From contig DF237052.1 in the NCBI GenBank assembly GCA_000708835.1, positions 62,001-126,000 on the forward strand: a DNA stretch of 64,000 bases. Reading direction: 5' to 3'. Source of the stretch: Klebsormidium nitens. Taxonomy: Eukaryota > Plantae > Klebsormidiophyceae. Shown one piece after another: positions 27,898 through 40,000 of the stretch (positions are counted from its first letter, which is position 1; every line of letters starts with the position of its first letter). The position numbers and the translations under genes were made by a program. The notes under the pieces are model-generated. The model saw only the letters and a list, made by a program, of their open reading frames with translations, was not told the DNA's origin and searched no databases.

Positions 27898-30800
27898 ATG
27901 GCAGGCTCAGTGGCTGTCTGTCCTGGAACAAGTCACTTTGCTGGGTTAGCTGGACTTAACCAACATACTTCTCCACAGCCAAGCAGTTCGGGTCGGTGTC
28001 GCGCCCCAACACTTCCTGCCCTGTCACGGTCAGCGTTTCTGGGTTACTTCTCAGGTCATGAGCGGAACGTGCACAAGACTATTGATTCCAGGAGGCGAAA
28101 AGTGAGGGCGGTTGCGTCCCCTCCCCGTCTGCGGCCTCTTTCGACGCCAAACAATGAAACTGACAAAATTGCGGTTGAAAAACGATCGGGCCTCCTTTCG
28201 GAAACCCCTGTCGTTTCGTTGAACGGGCGGGCGATCATTAGCAGGGGGAAAGAGAAAAATGAGCGGATGGTCCCGATTGAGGTGGCTCTGTCACGGGTTA
28301 GAAACGGGGGCACGCCACAACAAAAGATGAAAGACACTTGGGAGGCGCCTTCTGTGGAGTTACGGAGGGGCGATCCAAGCACGTCTTCAAACGGTGCCGC
28401 AGTCCCAGCTATTTCAGACCGAGCGCTTACGCAAGCATCAGCAGAAACCTCGCTGACTTCAGCGGAAGCGCCGTCCGCAAACCGGAGTCGCAAGGGCGTG
28501 GAGTTGAAGAGGGGCACAGTGGTTCTGCGGAAAGGACCCCTAAAGAGTCCCGCAGACAGCCTGGGAGTCAGCCCCGAGAACGGAAGCTCTAACGGTGCCT
28601 ATAAGACGCAGACGGCGTATGGGTCCAGTTATCAGAATGGGGCGGCCCGGAAAAACGACCTGGCGATGAGAATAGGCACCAGTGCTGCTGCGAACGGGCT
28701 GGTGGGGCAGGCAGCGGGGGCGTTAACACTACCCAGCCAGGCGCAGTCTGGGATCGTTCCTCCTAGTGGGATGAGGGCGGCAGCAGTGTATGGATTGAGA
28801 GAGGAGGAAGTGAAAATTCTGCCCTCGGACGAGGACTTCAGATGGAGCAAGGAAGGGTGAGCTGTTCTGCAAGGTTTCTACTTTAGGATTTGTGATGATT
28901 GGTTTGGAATTTTACCGTTGAGTAAGGTGTGGGCCTTCGGAAGAGCCAGACTTGGCTGGGAAAGTGCAGATTAGAGCGCAGGCGACATTTTACTTGGCTC
29001 TCGCTTTTTCATACTTCAAACCATCGAAGTGAAGAAGTTTGCTAGCTTCTTCCTATCTGTTCTCCTGGTCCATTGTGTTTCTCTTTATGATTGACCTTTC
29101 ACTTCTTTTCCTCATATTTCTGCCTGATGTACAGTGTAGAAACCGTCTCCACAGCAGGCTTCTATTTGAAGAAGCACGCTGCGACTTTCTTCACTCATAG
29201 TTCATCTGTGCGCGTGCTTCTCTAAATCGCCAATCTTTGAGTCATCTTTTTACCGTTTGCCCCCATCCTCTTTAACAGCTGATCGCCTCAAGAGAAGCAC
29301 ATACTGGAACCCTGTTGAGACCATGTTCTAAGTTGAATTAGAGGAGATTGGTTTGTTCTTAAGTGCAACTCACTCCTCGTGACGGCGCACCAAAACGTGC
29401 CAAAAAAGCCCGCCCAAAGAAGCTGCCCTCTGTTCGAACTCCCCACTCTCTCAGCAACAGCAAGCCGGTTGTCTTGATGTACTCAGAAAGGGAATAAAGG
29501 TCTCACGGCGGCTGAATTCGTTGCGCTGCACCGATACCTTTTCTAAGTCGACCAGCCTAATTGTTGGCAAAACGGAACCTTTTGATGCACTGAAAATTCA
29601 GATGTTTCTTAAGGAGTCTTACGCTTCCAATTCCAAAACTAGAAACCGAGAGAGTTGGTTGTTTCTTGGTAAAAGTCGTTGCGGAAGGACAACCAAACAT
29701 TATTCGGAGCGGGAGGAGTTTGCGAGTGCCTTCAGGTCATGTAAAAGGACAAGCTTCGTTTTCATTTGTTTCTGCAAATGCGGGTTGCGTGAAACGAGCA
29801 GTCTTGACCCAGTGTGTTTACGCCGCTTTCAGGTATTCCAAGACGAGGAGAACCGTCGACGTGTGGTCTTTCGTGCTGTTGTTGCGGTCGCGGCTCTACC
29901 TGATTGACCAAAAGTGGAGCTATGTCGGTGGCTTTAACGAAGAGAAGAAGGTGGGTCGATTGCTCTGTGCAGAAGAGCCGGTTATATGCAAAGGAAAAAG
30001 CCAACCTTGCCGGTTTTCGCATACGAAGAAAGCCGACTTGCAGCCTGGGGCCTCTGCTTTTGCCCTTATAAGTGGACGTTCCATCACGCCCTTGTTTGCT
30101 GCCCGTTTTAAACTTAACGAGAATCCTGTGGTCCTCAGAGCAGAGGGGAAAGGGATGCTGATGTGTCTCTCCAGTCTTTTCTCCTGTTCTGCATCAGCTT
30201 CAGCCAGTTCTATCGGTGCGAAAAGCTTTCAAAGGACGAGCTACTTGGCTCTTCCCCAAGCTACTTCAGATTCTTAACGCACTCTGAAGCTCCTACACGT
30301 GCGCAAGCTGGCGGCGTGGGTGCTCGAGAGCATTCTTCAGTTGGATCCAGCGTTCATTTAGACCGGGCTTTTTTATTTTCGTGAGCCGAACTTAAGTAAC
30401 TCAGCTTCAAACACGAAAGTGAGGTACTCTCAGATTTTTCACCCGCTCTCAATCTCCTACAGAAAGCGCGCACGCGTAAGCTGGCGGCGTGGGTGCGTGA
30501 GAGCATTTTGCAGTTGGGCCCGACGTTCATCAAGGTCGGGCAGCTCTTCTCCACGCGCTCGGACCTGTTCCCACTCGAGTTCGTCGAGGAGCTCTCCAAG
30601 CTGCAGGTGAGCCGGTGTGAAGACGCTTTTTTTGCTACTAGATTGGTGGCGACTTTGGGCAACGCTCATTTGTTGCAACTTGAGAGTAATAATCGTTTCT
30701 CGGTCATCTAAATTTGGACGATCTTATTTTCGTGAGGTCCAGAAAACTCTTCCAGACTCCTGACTCCTGTATGTTGCTTCTTCGGGAGTTTTGCATCTTC

Positions 30801-33800
30801 AAGTCATCCCTCCGCTCTTGAGATTTCGAGGTAACGGTCCTTTGAATTGCTTCCCGTCCAGTCCAAAGTAACCGTTCCCGTTTTGGGCATCACAAGTCCG
30901 GGCTATTTACACTCTGGCGCAACTCTTTCCGGTGGAAATCCGCACTAATCTGCACCGGACTGACCTTGGGTACGTCGAATCGTTCCGGCAGGACCGTGTG
31001 CCGGCCTTCTCAGCGGACAAGGCGCGCGCGCTCATCGAGAAGGAACTGGGCGCCCCGGTGGACGAGCTGTTCGCCCGGTTCGAGGACCGCCCCCTTGCCG
31101 CAGCGAGTCTTGGCCAGGTGGGTGGATCAATCCCGTGCTATTCGGCGGACACCATATCTGTTTTCTCCTTCGTACCCTGTTGCTGAATCGACTGTTCCTA
31201 GTTGGTGTGTAAATTGAAAGGCCTTTCAAGTCGTACACTTGGACGGATCTTCCAGATATCAGAACAAGGAAGAGGTAAGCTTTGCTTCGAGGATCCGGAA
31301 AGGAGAGTCCCGGATGCCCGCCAACCCCCGGGTCTCCCGAACATAGATTTTACGGGCCAGTGCCAAATAGCAGAAACATACTCAGTCTTTCAGACCAGGC
31401 GCGCCTCAATTCTAGGTTTAGTGATGTCAAAGATCGTGGATGGCGGATTTCTGCGGGCAATCCAATCTCTTCTAATCCCGCAGTATTCCTGAAATCACGC
31501 CAAAGTGGCATCCTTTCAAGTAAACGACAGATGGCAACTTTTGCCGCAGGCCCATCGTGCATGGCTTCCGAGCGGCGAGGAAGTTGTGGTCAAGATTCAA
31601 CGGCCAGGATTACAGGAGCTCTTCGACATCGCCATCGTAGTCTTCCAAACTGTGAATATTCAACGCCTGTGATTTTGAAAAGCCAAAGGTTTAAAAGTCG
31701 TGGTCACGAACCAGCGGTCGGGATTGAAGGAGCTCTTCCAGACTTAACCGGTTTCCCGAAAACCTCAAACCCCAAAAATCCGAAAGTTTAAAACAGCTAA
31801 CTACGTACAACTGGGATTGCGCAGGTGCACCGCGCGTGGTTACCGACCGGCGAGGAAGTCGTGGTCAAGATCCAACGGCCAGGATTGAAGGAGCTGTTCG
31901 ACATCGACCTGGAGAACCTCAAGAAGATTGCGGACACGTTCCAGGGCAATGATGACGTCGGCGGGCCGAGCCGCGATTGGCTCGGCATTTATGACGAGTG
32001 CGCGACGATCCTGTATCAGGAAATCGACTACATCAACGAGGGGCGGAATGCGGACCGGTTCAGGAGAGACTTCCGGACGTACGGATGGGTCCAGGTGCCG
32101 AAAGTGTACTGGGGCTACGCGTCCAAGAAAGTGCTGACGTTGGAGTACTTGCCAGGTACAAGATGTTATGGCTTTTCAGCTGTTTGGGTGGTTCGTATTC
32201 AAGAGCGGGCTTGCTTTCGAGCTTCTTGATCTTGGGTTGCAATCGTACGTGCAAAGAAGTTAACTTGCCAGTTTTCTAAATTCCAACTTCAGATTCGAAG
32301 ATGGGGGTTTTGGACAGGGCAAATAGGTTGGTATTGGGAGGTGGGGTTTGGAGCATTTCTTTCCGAGGGCTTGTTTACGCGATCAGAGATTGTTTGCTAG
32401 CTGGCACATCTATTAGTCGGCTGGAAGTTTCGAAGCTTTCTCTACCTGGGTTTGAAGCTTCTCTTTCTGCTTTTTGTATCTGAAAGGCGGGCTTGAAATT
32501 GCAGCGGCCTCCAAGAATTATCGCTTACCCGGTCTGACTCCGCTATTTAAAAAGGAGTCTGATGAACGAAACCTCTTTCTCGCAGGGTTAAAGATCAGCG
32601 ACGTCGCGGCTCTGGACGCAGGCGGTTATGACCGCCCGCTTCTGGCCCGCCGGTCAATTGAGTCGTACCTTATACAGGTTAGTCAACCCATCCATTTTTC
32701 TTGCTTCCAAATCAGTTATTCGCACTGTGCTTCAATGAAAGTTGCCTCGTATCTTTTCGCGGGGAACACTGCTCACGTGAAATGGCGTGTGCATGTACGT
32801 CGACGAAGTACAAACTCGTAATCCTGTGCTGATAGGGCTTGAAGGGGGCGCGGTCGATTCCGTCAATACAGTATCAGCATTGTGCCTTTCGCCACAACTG
32901 TAAGCACGCGGCGGGTAAAAAAGCGACTGCAAGATTGTTACACCTGCTTATGGGACGCCCGTTTTTGAGGTTATTTGTCCGCTCTGGCCAGATTCTAAGG
33001 ACGGGCTTCTTCCATGCGGATCCGCACCCCGGCAATCTGGCCGTGGCTCGGGACCAGTCGCTGATCTTCTACGACTTTGGTGAGCAGCGCCGTACTTCCT
33101 CTTTCCGGAGTTGTTCTGCACCATTTTCGGATAATCTGCAGACAGGGCACGGTTTTTAAATTGTGTTTGAGAAGCCGCATCGCCCAAGCTCTATCAGAGA
33201 ATACGCAGAAGAGAATCAACTTCTGACTTCGCAGCACAACCTCAAATTAGGCGCACGGCGCACCTAGTTGCCTCCGTTATTGACATGACATGTTCCCGAA
33301 ACGGTAAGGCATTTGTATTCGTGATCCTATTGGTCGAAATCCTTACCGGGTTGACAGCGTTGACCGAGATCAAAATTTGAGCGACTAACCCCCCTATTGA
33401 CCCCAGCAAATTCCCTGCTTCAAAAACGAGAAATCCAAACCCTCCAGTGTCCACCAAACCCTTGCATCGCAAAAGCTTTAAGTCCGAGGGGAGGACATTC
33501 TAGTTTCCGCGAAAGCGTAGGGTGCAGCGACCTTTCTAAGTTTTTACCCACGACCCCCCGGCTGACGTTTGTCAACCCTGATACTCAACCAGCGATCACT
33601 TTGAAAGATCCTGGGCTGTTTGCTGAACGATTTGTAATTAACGCATCGGACCCACAGTGTTGTTCTCAGATGCTCTCTGGCTTCGACCTTGCTTGGGTCG
33701 GTCTTCTCGAAGGTCTGTCTTCTCGAAGGAAACACACCTGCGAACCTTGGTTACTTAGAACCTCAAGAACATTAAATTGATTTCTTTCGCAGGTATGATG

Positions 33801-36800
33801 GGCGAGATCGCAAAGGACACCAAGACCCGGCTGCTCGAGGTGTTTTACGCGGTGTACGAAAAGGACGCGCGCAAGGTCATGGCCGAGCTCGTCGGCCTCG
33901 GCGCGCTCGTGCCTACTGGCGACCAGACCGCGGTAAGTGCCGTCACAGTGACGTCAGCTTCTGTGTCATCTTTCTTACGGCTTCATTCAATGGGTTGAGG
34001 TCGTCCGCCTTGGCGCGCTCGTGTCCACCAGGGACCAGACCGCAGTGAGTGACGTCAAGGTGACGTCACTTTTTCTGGCATTTTCCTTGCGGCTTCCAAG
34101 CGCTAGGTGCTAGGTCGAGGAGGTTGGCCTCGGTGCGCTCGTCCCAAGCGGCGACCAGATCGCGGTGAGTGACGCCATCGCTGACGTTATCATCAGCTGT
34201 GTCAACGTTTTACGACCTTCAGACTGGGCCGAGTTGGTCGGGCTGGGCGCGCTCTTTGACCAGACCGCGATGAGTGACGCCGGTCATGACGTCAGTGTTT
34301 GTGTCGATATCAACGACCTCGGCTGAAATGACGGAGCTCGTGAGCTTCGGCCCACCAGCCGCCAGACCTCAGTGTGTGGCACAGGCACACGGCAGATTTA
34401 TCACGTTGCTCGATGTGCTTATGCCCGCTGGTGGCCAGACTTACGTGAAGTGACTTTTTATCTCGTCTGCGGGTGTGGTGAAGCATCTCAGTATTCTGGA
34501 GCAACCTTTGCTTCGCTGAAGGGGCCAGCTTGTCCGACCGAAGAGGAGTAGGGACAGCAGAAGCTCGGAAACGTTTCTTGGGTCGAGGACCTTGATACTG
34601 ACTAGTTCGCGAGTGCAATCCTCTTGCTAACGAAGCTTTCAACTCTTTGCAGGTACAGCGAAGCATCCAGTACTTGAACAACTGCCTTCCGAATTGTCAT
34701 AAGATCGACAAGGAGAGGATTGAAACCTATTCGACTTTCCGATGTGGGTTAAATCGATCACATTTTATCACTCGAAAAAGTCGCCCCCTCGATGCTGAGC
34801 CAATCTATTTCTTGTTTCCAGGTCCGCCGAAGCATCCAGTACTTCTTGAACAATCTGACCCCCGCCGAAGGTCAGAAGACCGACAAGGAGAGCATGCAGA
34901 AGGCGCAGGACAAGACGCTCGCCGCGATTGGCGAGGACCTCTTTGCGATCGCCGTCGATCAGCCCTTCCGTTTCCCCGCGACGTTCACGTTCGTGTTCCG
35001 CGCGTTCACGACTCTTGAAGGTACGTGTTGGATTTTCGTAGGTCTTGATCTCGTCAGACCGGGGGTGCGAGTGGGTTTGGGCAGGGGGTTTACTTGCGTT
35101 GCCGGTAATTAGCCTTTTGTTTCTTTCATGTTCGTGTTCTGCGCGTTCACGACTCTTGAAGGTACGTGTTAGATTTTTCGTAGGTCTTGAGCAGTCAGAC
35201 CGGGTTTGCTAGAGTGAGTTGCCTGGTTTTGGGCAGGGGGTTTACTTGCCGTTGCGGGCAATTAGCCCTTTGTTTCCTTCACCTTCGTGTTCCGCGCGTT
35301 CCTGACACTTGAATGACGTTTTTGGGTTCCCGGAGTTCTCGAGCTCGTGAGACCGGGTTTGCTAGAGTGGTTTGCCTGGGTCTGGGTCAGGGGGTCGGAG
35401 TGCCGTTGCCTTCAATCAGCCGTTCCGTTTCCACGTGAAAATCACGTTCATGCTTCGTGCGTCTTTGACACTTCGAAGTTTCGTTTGGGGAGGGTTCGGA
35501 CGGTCTCGAAGTCGTAAGATTGGATTTCGTAGACGGGTTCGCCTGGATCTGACGAGAGGGTTAAATCACCGTTGCCGGTTATCTCCCAGTCTATCAGACC
35601 TTCCCGGTTATGTTCCGCGCTTACAGTGCTTCCCAATTTGACAGCTTCCTATGTCTTCGGGGTTTTGAGGTTATAGAGTTTCAGAGGGTCTCTTGTATCT
35701 TGTTTTTGTGCAATCATCAATATTCCGTCAGGTGGTTTGTTGAACTTTCTTTCCAGACACGTTGCTGACGCCTTAGGAGTGTTTCTTGAGCCGAGTCTTG
35801 TGCATAAGCGGCCTCAAGCTCTGGCGCAAAGACGGGTTTCCTTCATCACGCTCCCTAAACTTGTATACACACCCGAATCAAACACTCCATCAGAGACAGA
35901 TTATGTCTCCCTGGTGTCAACTGCAGAACTTCATCCAGAAACAATCGCTATTATAAAGCCTCTTGAAGGAAGCAACCGAGGCGTAGTTTGCCCTGTCTTT
36001 CAGGAACCGTTCAGTTGCTCGATTTTGACGTCAATGTGACTTCTGACTATGGTTAGCTGGCTCGGTCTTACGACTGGGGTTTGCTCCTTTGAGACCGCCG
36101 CGATCGATCCTTGAAAGAGCGTGTTCTTTGACCAGGTATCGGGAAGATCCTCGACCCGGATTTCTCCTTCATCACCGTCGCAACTCCGTACGCTGAGGAA
36201 CTGCTCGAGGTGCGGAACCGGCGGTCACAGCGCGAGTTTATCGTAACCACGCTAACCAAGCAGGCCGAAGAGGTGAGGGTTTTGTGCAACCGGGTTTTTA
36301 ACCCATTTCAGAGTCTATTTACCTACGTACTGTCCGGAGTTTTGCGACCGTGCTGATTATGCGGCTGGTTATTGGTGACTTCAAGATGGAGCCAATTTTC
36401 GTAGCAAGAGTGCAACTTCGCTGAGATAATGAAGCAAGCCGGAGAAGGGGCAGTCTTAGCAGTAGACGTGGAGAAAAACTTGACACTCGACAATCCTTGA
36501 ACGAATGGCACGCCTGATCTGTAGTCAAACCAAGGTATGGCGACGACTGGAATGTGGAGCTCATTTGCAGGTTCGAGACTCACGTGGATCGAAATGTGCA
36601 TACTTCGTACCAATTTGTTTCGAGAAAACGTGCACACGTGCCCACGTGGATTACAAGATGAGATGCTGAAGACCTGCCCGATTCTCAGTCGGGGCGAAAG
36701 CTGAGCTACGTTGCTTTTCGTCCTATGCAGGCCAGAGACGCTGCTCTCAACATGCCTGCGAGGATCCAACGGATTGACGACATCCTGACGTCACTCGAGG

Positions 36801-37051
36801 CCGGCGACTTCAAACTCCGCGTGCGTGTCCTAGAAGCTGAGCGCGCGGCACGACGGAGTGGTATCCTCCAATTAGCGACTATGAACACGGTTGCCGCGGT
36901 TGGGTTGCTGAACATCGGAGTGACCCTGGCGACAAACGGAGCGACTACGCCCGCGAATGCGGCGTTCGTTTTGGGGAGTGCGTTTAGCGCGTACGTTGTA
37001 TGGCAAATGAGGAGGGTCAAGATTCTTGACAAGTTTGAGAAGAAGTTGTAG
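27898..37051 (+). CDS. ABC1K7: ABC1/UbiB atypical protein kinase, ABC1K7 (SIA1)-like, plastid; 11 exons, 884 aa
   Basis: Exons 27898-28856, 29833-29950, 30463-30606, 30992-31117, 31825-32155, 32586-32677, 32992-33079, 33793-33932, 34822-35020, 36136-36272 and 36731-37051 (2655 nt, in frame). Motifs: [97 protein letters not shown] and [13 protein letters not shown]. Confidence 0.95.
30290..30360 (+). repeat. Intronic degenerate copy of the ABC1K7 exon 3 start (acceptor AG lost)
   Basis: Matches 30455-30534 (aagctggcggcgtgggtgc..gagagcatt..cagttgg), has a deletion across the AG, and ends in TAG. Confidence 0.9.
31541..31740 (+). repeat. Two intronic degenerate copies of the ABC1K7 exon 5 start
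   Basis: 31550-31630 reads [27 protein letters not shown] against the exon's [27 protein letters not shown], behind an intact cag acceptor. 31695-31740 reads [14 protein letters not shown]. Confidence 0.92.
33933..34450 (+). repeat. Tandem array of five degenerate copies of the ABC1K7 exon 8 end plus donor site (unit about 75-120 bp)
   Basis: Copies at 33997-34044, 34117-34164, 34228-34269, about 34334-34371 and 34409-34444. Each resembles [16 protein letters not shown]|gtaagtg; four retain GT and the third has AT. Confidence 0.88.
34468..34720 (+). repeat. Two degenerate copies of the ABC1K7 exon 9 start
   Basis: 34653-34720 reads cag|[10 protein letters not shown]...KIDKE against the exon's [11 protein letters not shown]...KTDKE. 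A weaker copy lies at about 34468-34545 (gaagcatctcagtattctggagcaacc...gctgaagg). Confidence 0.8.
34960..35640 (+). repeat. Tandem array: ABC1K7 exon 9 end plus donor and four degenerate downstream copies (unit 150-178 bp)
   Basis: Units start at 34960 (live exon), 35110, 35263, 35417 and 35595. Shared blocks are ttcgtgttccgcgcgttc, cttgaag|gtacgt, gtcagaccggg and gggcaggggg. Confidence 0.92.
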
Positions 37052-40000
37052 CGTTGTTTGGAGCAAAATCTTGGATGGCGCACGCTTTACCAGCAACGGA
37101 TTCGATTCATTCTTTGTACATGCATAAATTTGACAACATTATATACGTGCACAAGCTTCTGAAGTATCCGCGCGGCACAGACGATTGTTTTACATCGAAT
37201 GTATATTGCGTCACTTGCTAGTGCCACAGTTGTGCAAACCCGAAAAATGGCGTACGTCAAGTGCAATGGCGAAGGGTAAATTAACGGCCGCCCTGGTGCA
37301 CGAGAATGTGAGCCTGACTGTATAGTGTTGGAATCTCTGCCAGTGCCATGCGCGATCGGAAGTGATAAAGATTGTAATGTGTATGTACAATCATCATCTT
37401 AATCTGAAGCATGCGTGTTGTTTGGTCGACCCGAGCAAGTACCGACCATGTGACGGTCACTCTTGTGCACTAACCCTGCGAGATCCGTTGCTGCTACTTG
37501 AATATGTTACTAACCATGCATGACCGATCGGGTACGTGCCGCGAGTCCTATTTCAATAGTGTGCATGCTTAAATTAGGATCCGGCCGATATCGCGCGCGG
37601 GCCGCCGCGGGTAATTTAAGGACTTGAAGTGCCTGAAGGACACATAAAGGCCATGATTAATTGTTGTCCAAGGAACGGTTACTAGCTAGCACGATGATAG
37701 TGCAAGTGCAAGCATCTTTCATGAATTTCGATATTGTGATCGCTCTTGTCCTACATGCCATTGCTCGATTGCTAACTCAGAGCATTCACTGCCAACTTAG
37801 GTATTCTGCTTCGGTGCCATGAGCTAAATCTTGCGACCCTCAGATCTCCCCCAGATCTCCTCCTGTAGGGTCAGATCGATCACCATATCCTGATCGGATG
37901 CATGTTTTGATGCACGCATTGAACTTCGCTAGATAGACAGAATGCGAGCCAAAATTAAATCCATATGCACATGAATGAGACTCGAGGTTTCGCCGACGCG
38001 ATTCAAGTTGCTAGCTCGGGATAGGAACCTAGCAACTCTCAGGTACCTTTCAGATCTACGTGACTGGCGAAGTCTATTCACGCAGGCGCACTACGTTATA
38101 AACGGCATTCTGTGGTTTGAACGTGGCAACGTGGCCGCAATTTGTGCGCGAGAAGGAGGGTTGCAAGCGGTCACACATCATATTCTGACATTCGAGTTTA
38201 CAGATCTGGTCGCGCCCAGTCAACGAAATCAAGCTCCGTACAAATATTAATGGATTTGCAAACCTTTGCGTCTGGTTTCGGAACGAGATTACCTGGTATG
38301 GTGCCCAGCTTAGGTGCCCCGGGGCTAGATCGAGCGGGGTCTTTCACGGACTGCTGTATTGTCCCGGGACGACTTCGTCAAACCCACTTGCGGCGGGAGC
38401 AGAGGTTAGCGAAAATGTTCATACGAGTTTTAACATGATTCTCAGAGTACCTGCACTGAGCATACCGGTACGGTCTTCAGTTCCCGACCGGCAACAATGA
38501 GCAGCGCGTCTTCGAGCCGCCGCATATGACGCGCGATATAACGGGAAGGCGTATGGGGCTGAAGGCGGTTCAGACCGCACCCCAGGCCTTGTTAAACCAT
38601 GGACTGCTTATGGGGTACCTTGGTCGCCGCGTTGCAGGCCGTATTACCTACATTAATTCTTCGTGACCTCAAAGGCTTGACCATGGATTGACGAATCTGA
38701 CCATCTGCCTTCTGGCTGACGGCACATGGCGACGTTGAAGCCTGCTATGACGTACCGACGGTTCATAAGTTGGAGCGCCATTTTGCCGCCCGATCCCCAG
38801 ATCCGCTCCGCCTGTTCAGCTTCTACCATAATGGCTCATCTTTTTTAAACCTCCCACACTGTCCCGACCGGTAGCTAAGAGGTACGGATGCTAGCTTACG
38901 TACGGCTGGGGTGTCTCCATGAGTAACTCGTATAAGAGCAGCAGCGCCGAAACGGTCATCCGGCGGCGAAGACGGGGCGAAAAACCGAGTCCGACTCCCG
39001 GGGCGGATTTCAATACCCCGTGCGGAATGCCCCGTGCGTTGTGCTACTAATTGGCTCCCAGTGCGACAAGGCCGGAAGCTACCGGTGTAGACTGTCAACA
39101 AGCCCCGGTGCCATTGTCGCCATAGAAGCAACCACCGTCGAAAGATCGAACTTGGTAACAGGTATGTTCCGTACGTCCAATTTTTGCCACCGTTTTGGTG
39201 TACCTTTTCTGTACGTACACCACTCAGCCAATCACAGTCTGGTGGGCCAGTAAAAGCACACTGCAGTGCAGTGAGCCTCATACCACTGGTGACTGCGCAT
39301 TCTGTGCATACATTTTGCCATCATAGTGGTGCGCTCAGCCTCTGATTAGCCCCTTGTTCAACTGACGTCGTCGTCCTTCTCCATCACTAACTCCTCAATG
39401 CAAACCGTACGGGGTTCAGATAAATTGGAAACAAAACCATACGAGTACCAGGGTCGATTATAACCTTATTCCCGGAATTGAAAGTCGATCGTGAGCGTCA
39501 ATCTCACATTCTGACGGAGAGATGTTCTGGGCAACGCTTCAAACCGAATCTGTATCGTCCATTTTTTGACCAAAATTAAAGGTTTTGTTCGTATTTTCTG
39601 GGCCGGTCAGCTGTACGTTATTAACGTTAGACCGTCTCCTAACTTTTCGGCGACCTAACCAACTTCACGGTTAGGATTGAACGTGGCACTTTTCGTGCAC
39701 CGGGCACTCGTCAGTGCAGCGCCCGAATTTGGCAAGCCTGAATTACTGAGTCGGGGCCACTTGCATTCGCAAGTTCCAACTCGCAACGCCGCCATGGCAA
39801 CACAGTTTGACTACCTAACTAGTGCAACTGTCAGTGCAACTTCCGAAGCGCCTTCATCGTGCTCATCTCTGAATCATTCACTAGGTCGAGAGCGGGTGAA
39901 TGTTCAGCTTGTGCACGTCATGAAGTCCTCGGCCAACTGTCAACTGAGAACAGGATCTGTTTTGGTAGATCCTATGATCCGGCATTGCAGAGTTTCGAGC

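Noticed and set aside
29725-29760. Possible additional echo of the ABC1K7 exon 2 acceptor (ccttcaggtcatgtaaaagg)
   Set aside because: Similarity is too weak to separate from chance by eye.
33933-35640. Repeat-spacer-like arrays as CRISPR
   Set aside because: The units are degenerate copies of host exon edges in a eukaryotic intron. There are no constant repeats with unique spacers and no cas genes.
37560-37620. Vector or polylinker contamination
   Set aside because: Not called as contamination: no vector backbone, primer site or marker is nearby, and similar cores recur in other intergenic blocks. Kept only as a compositional finding.
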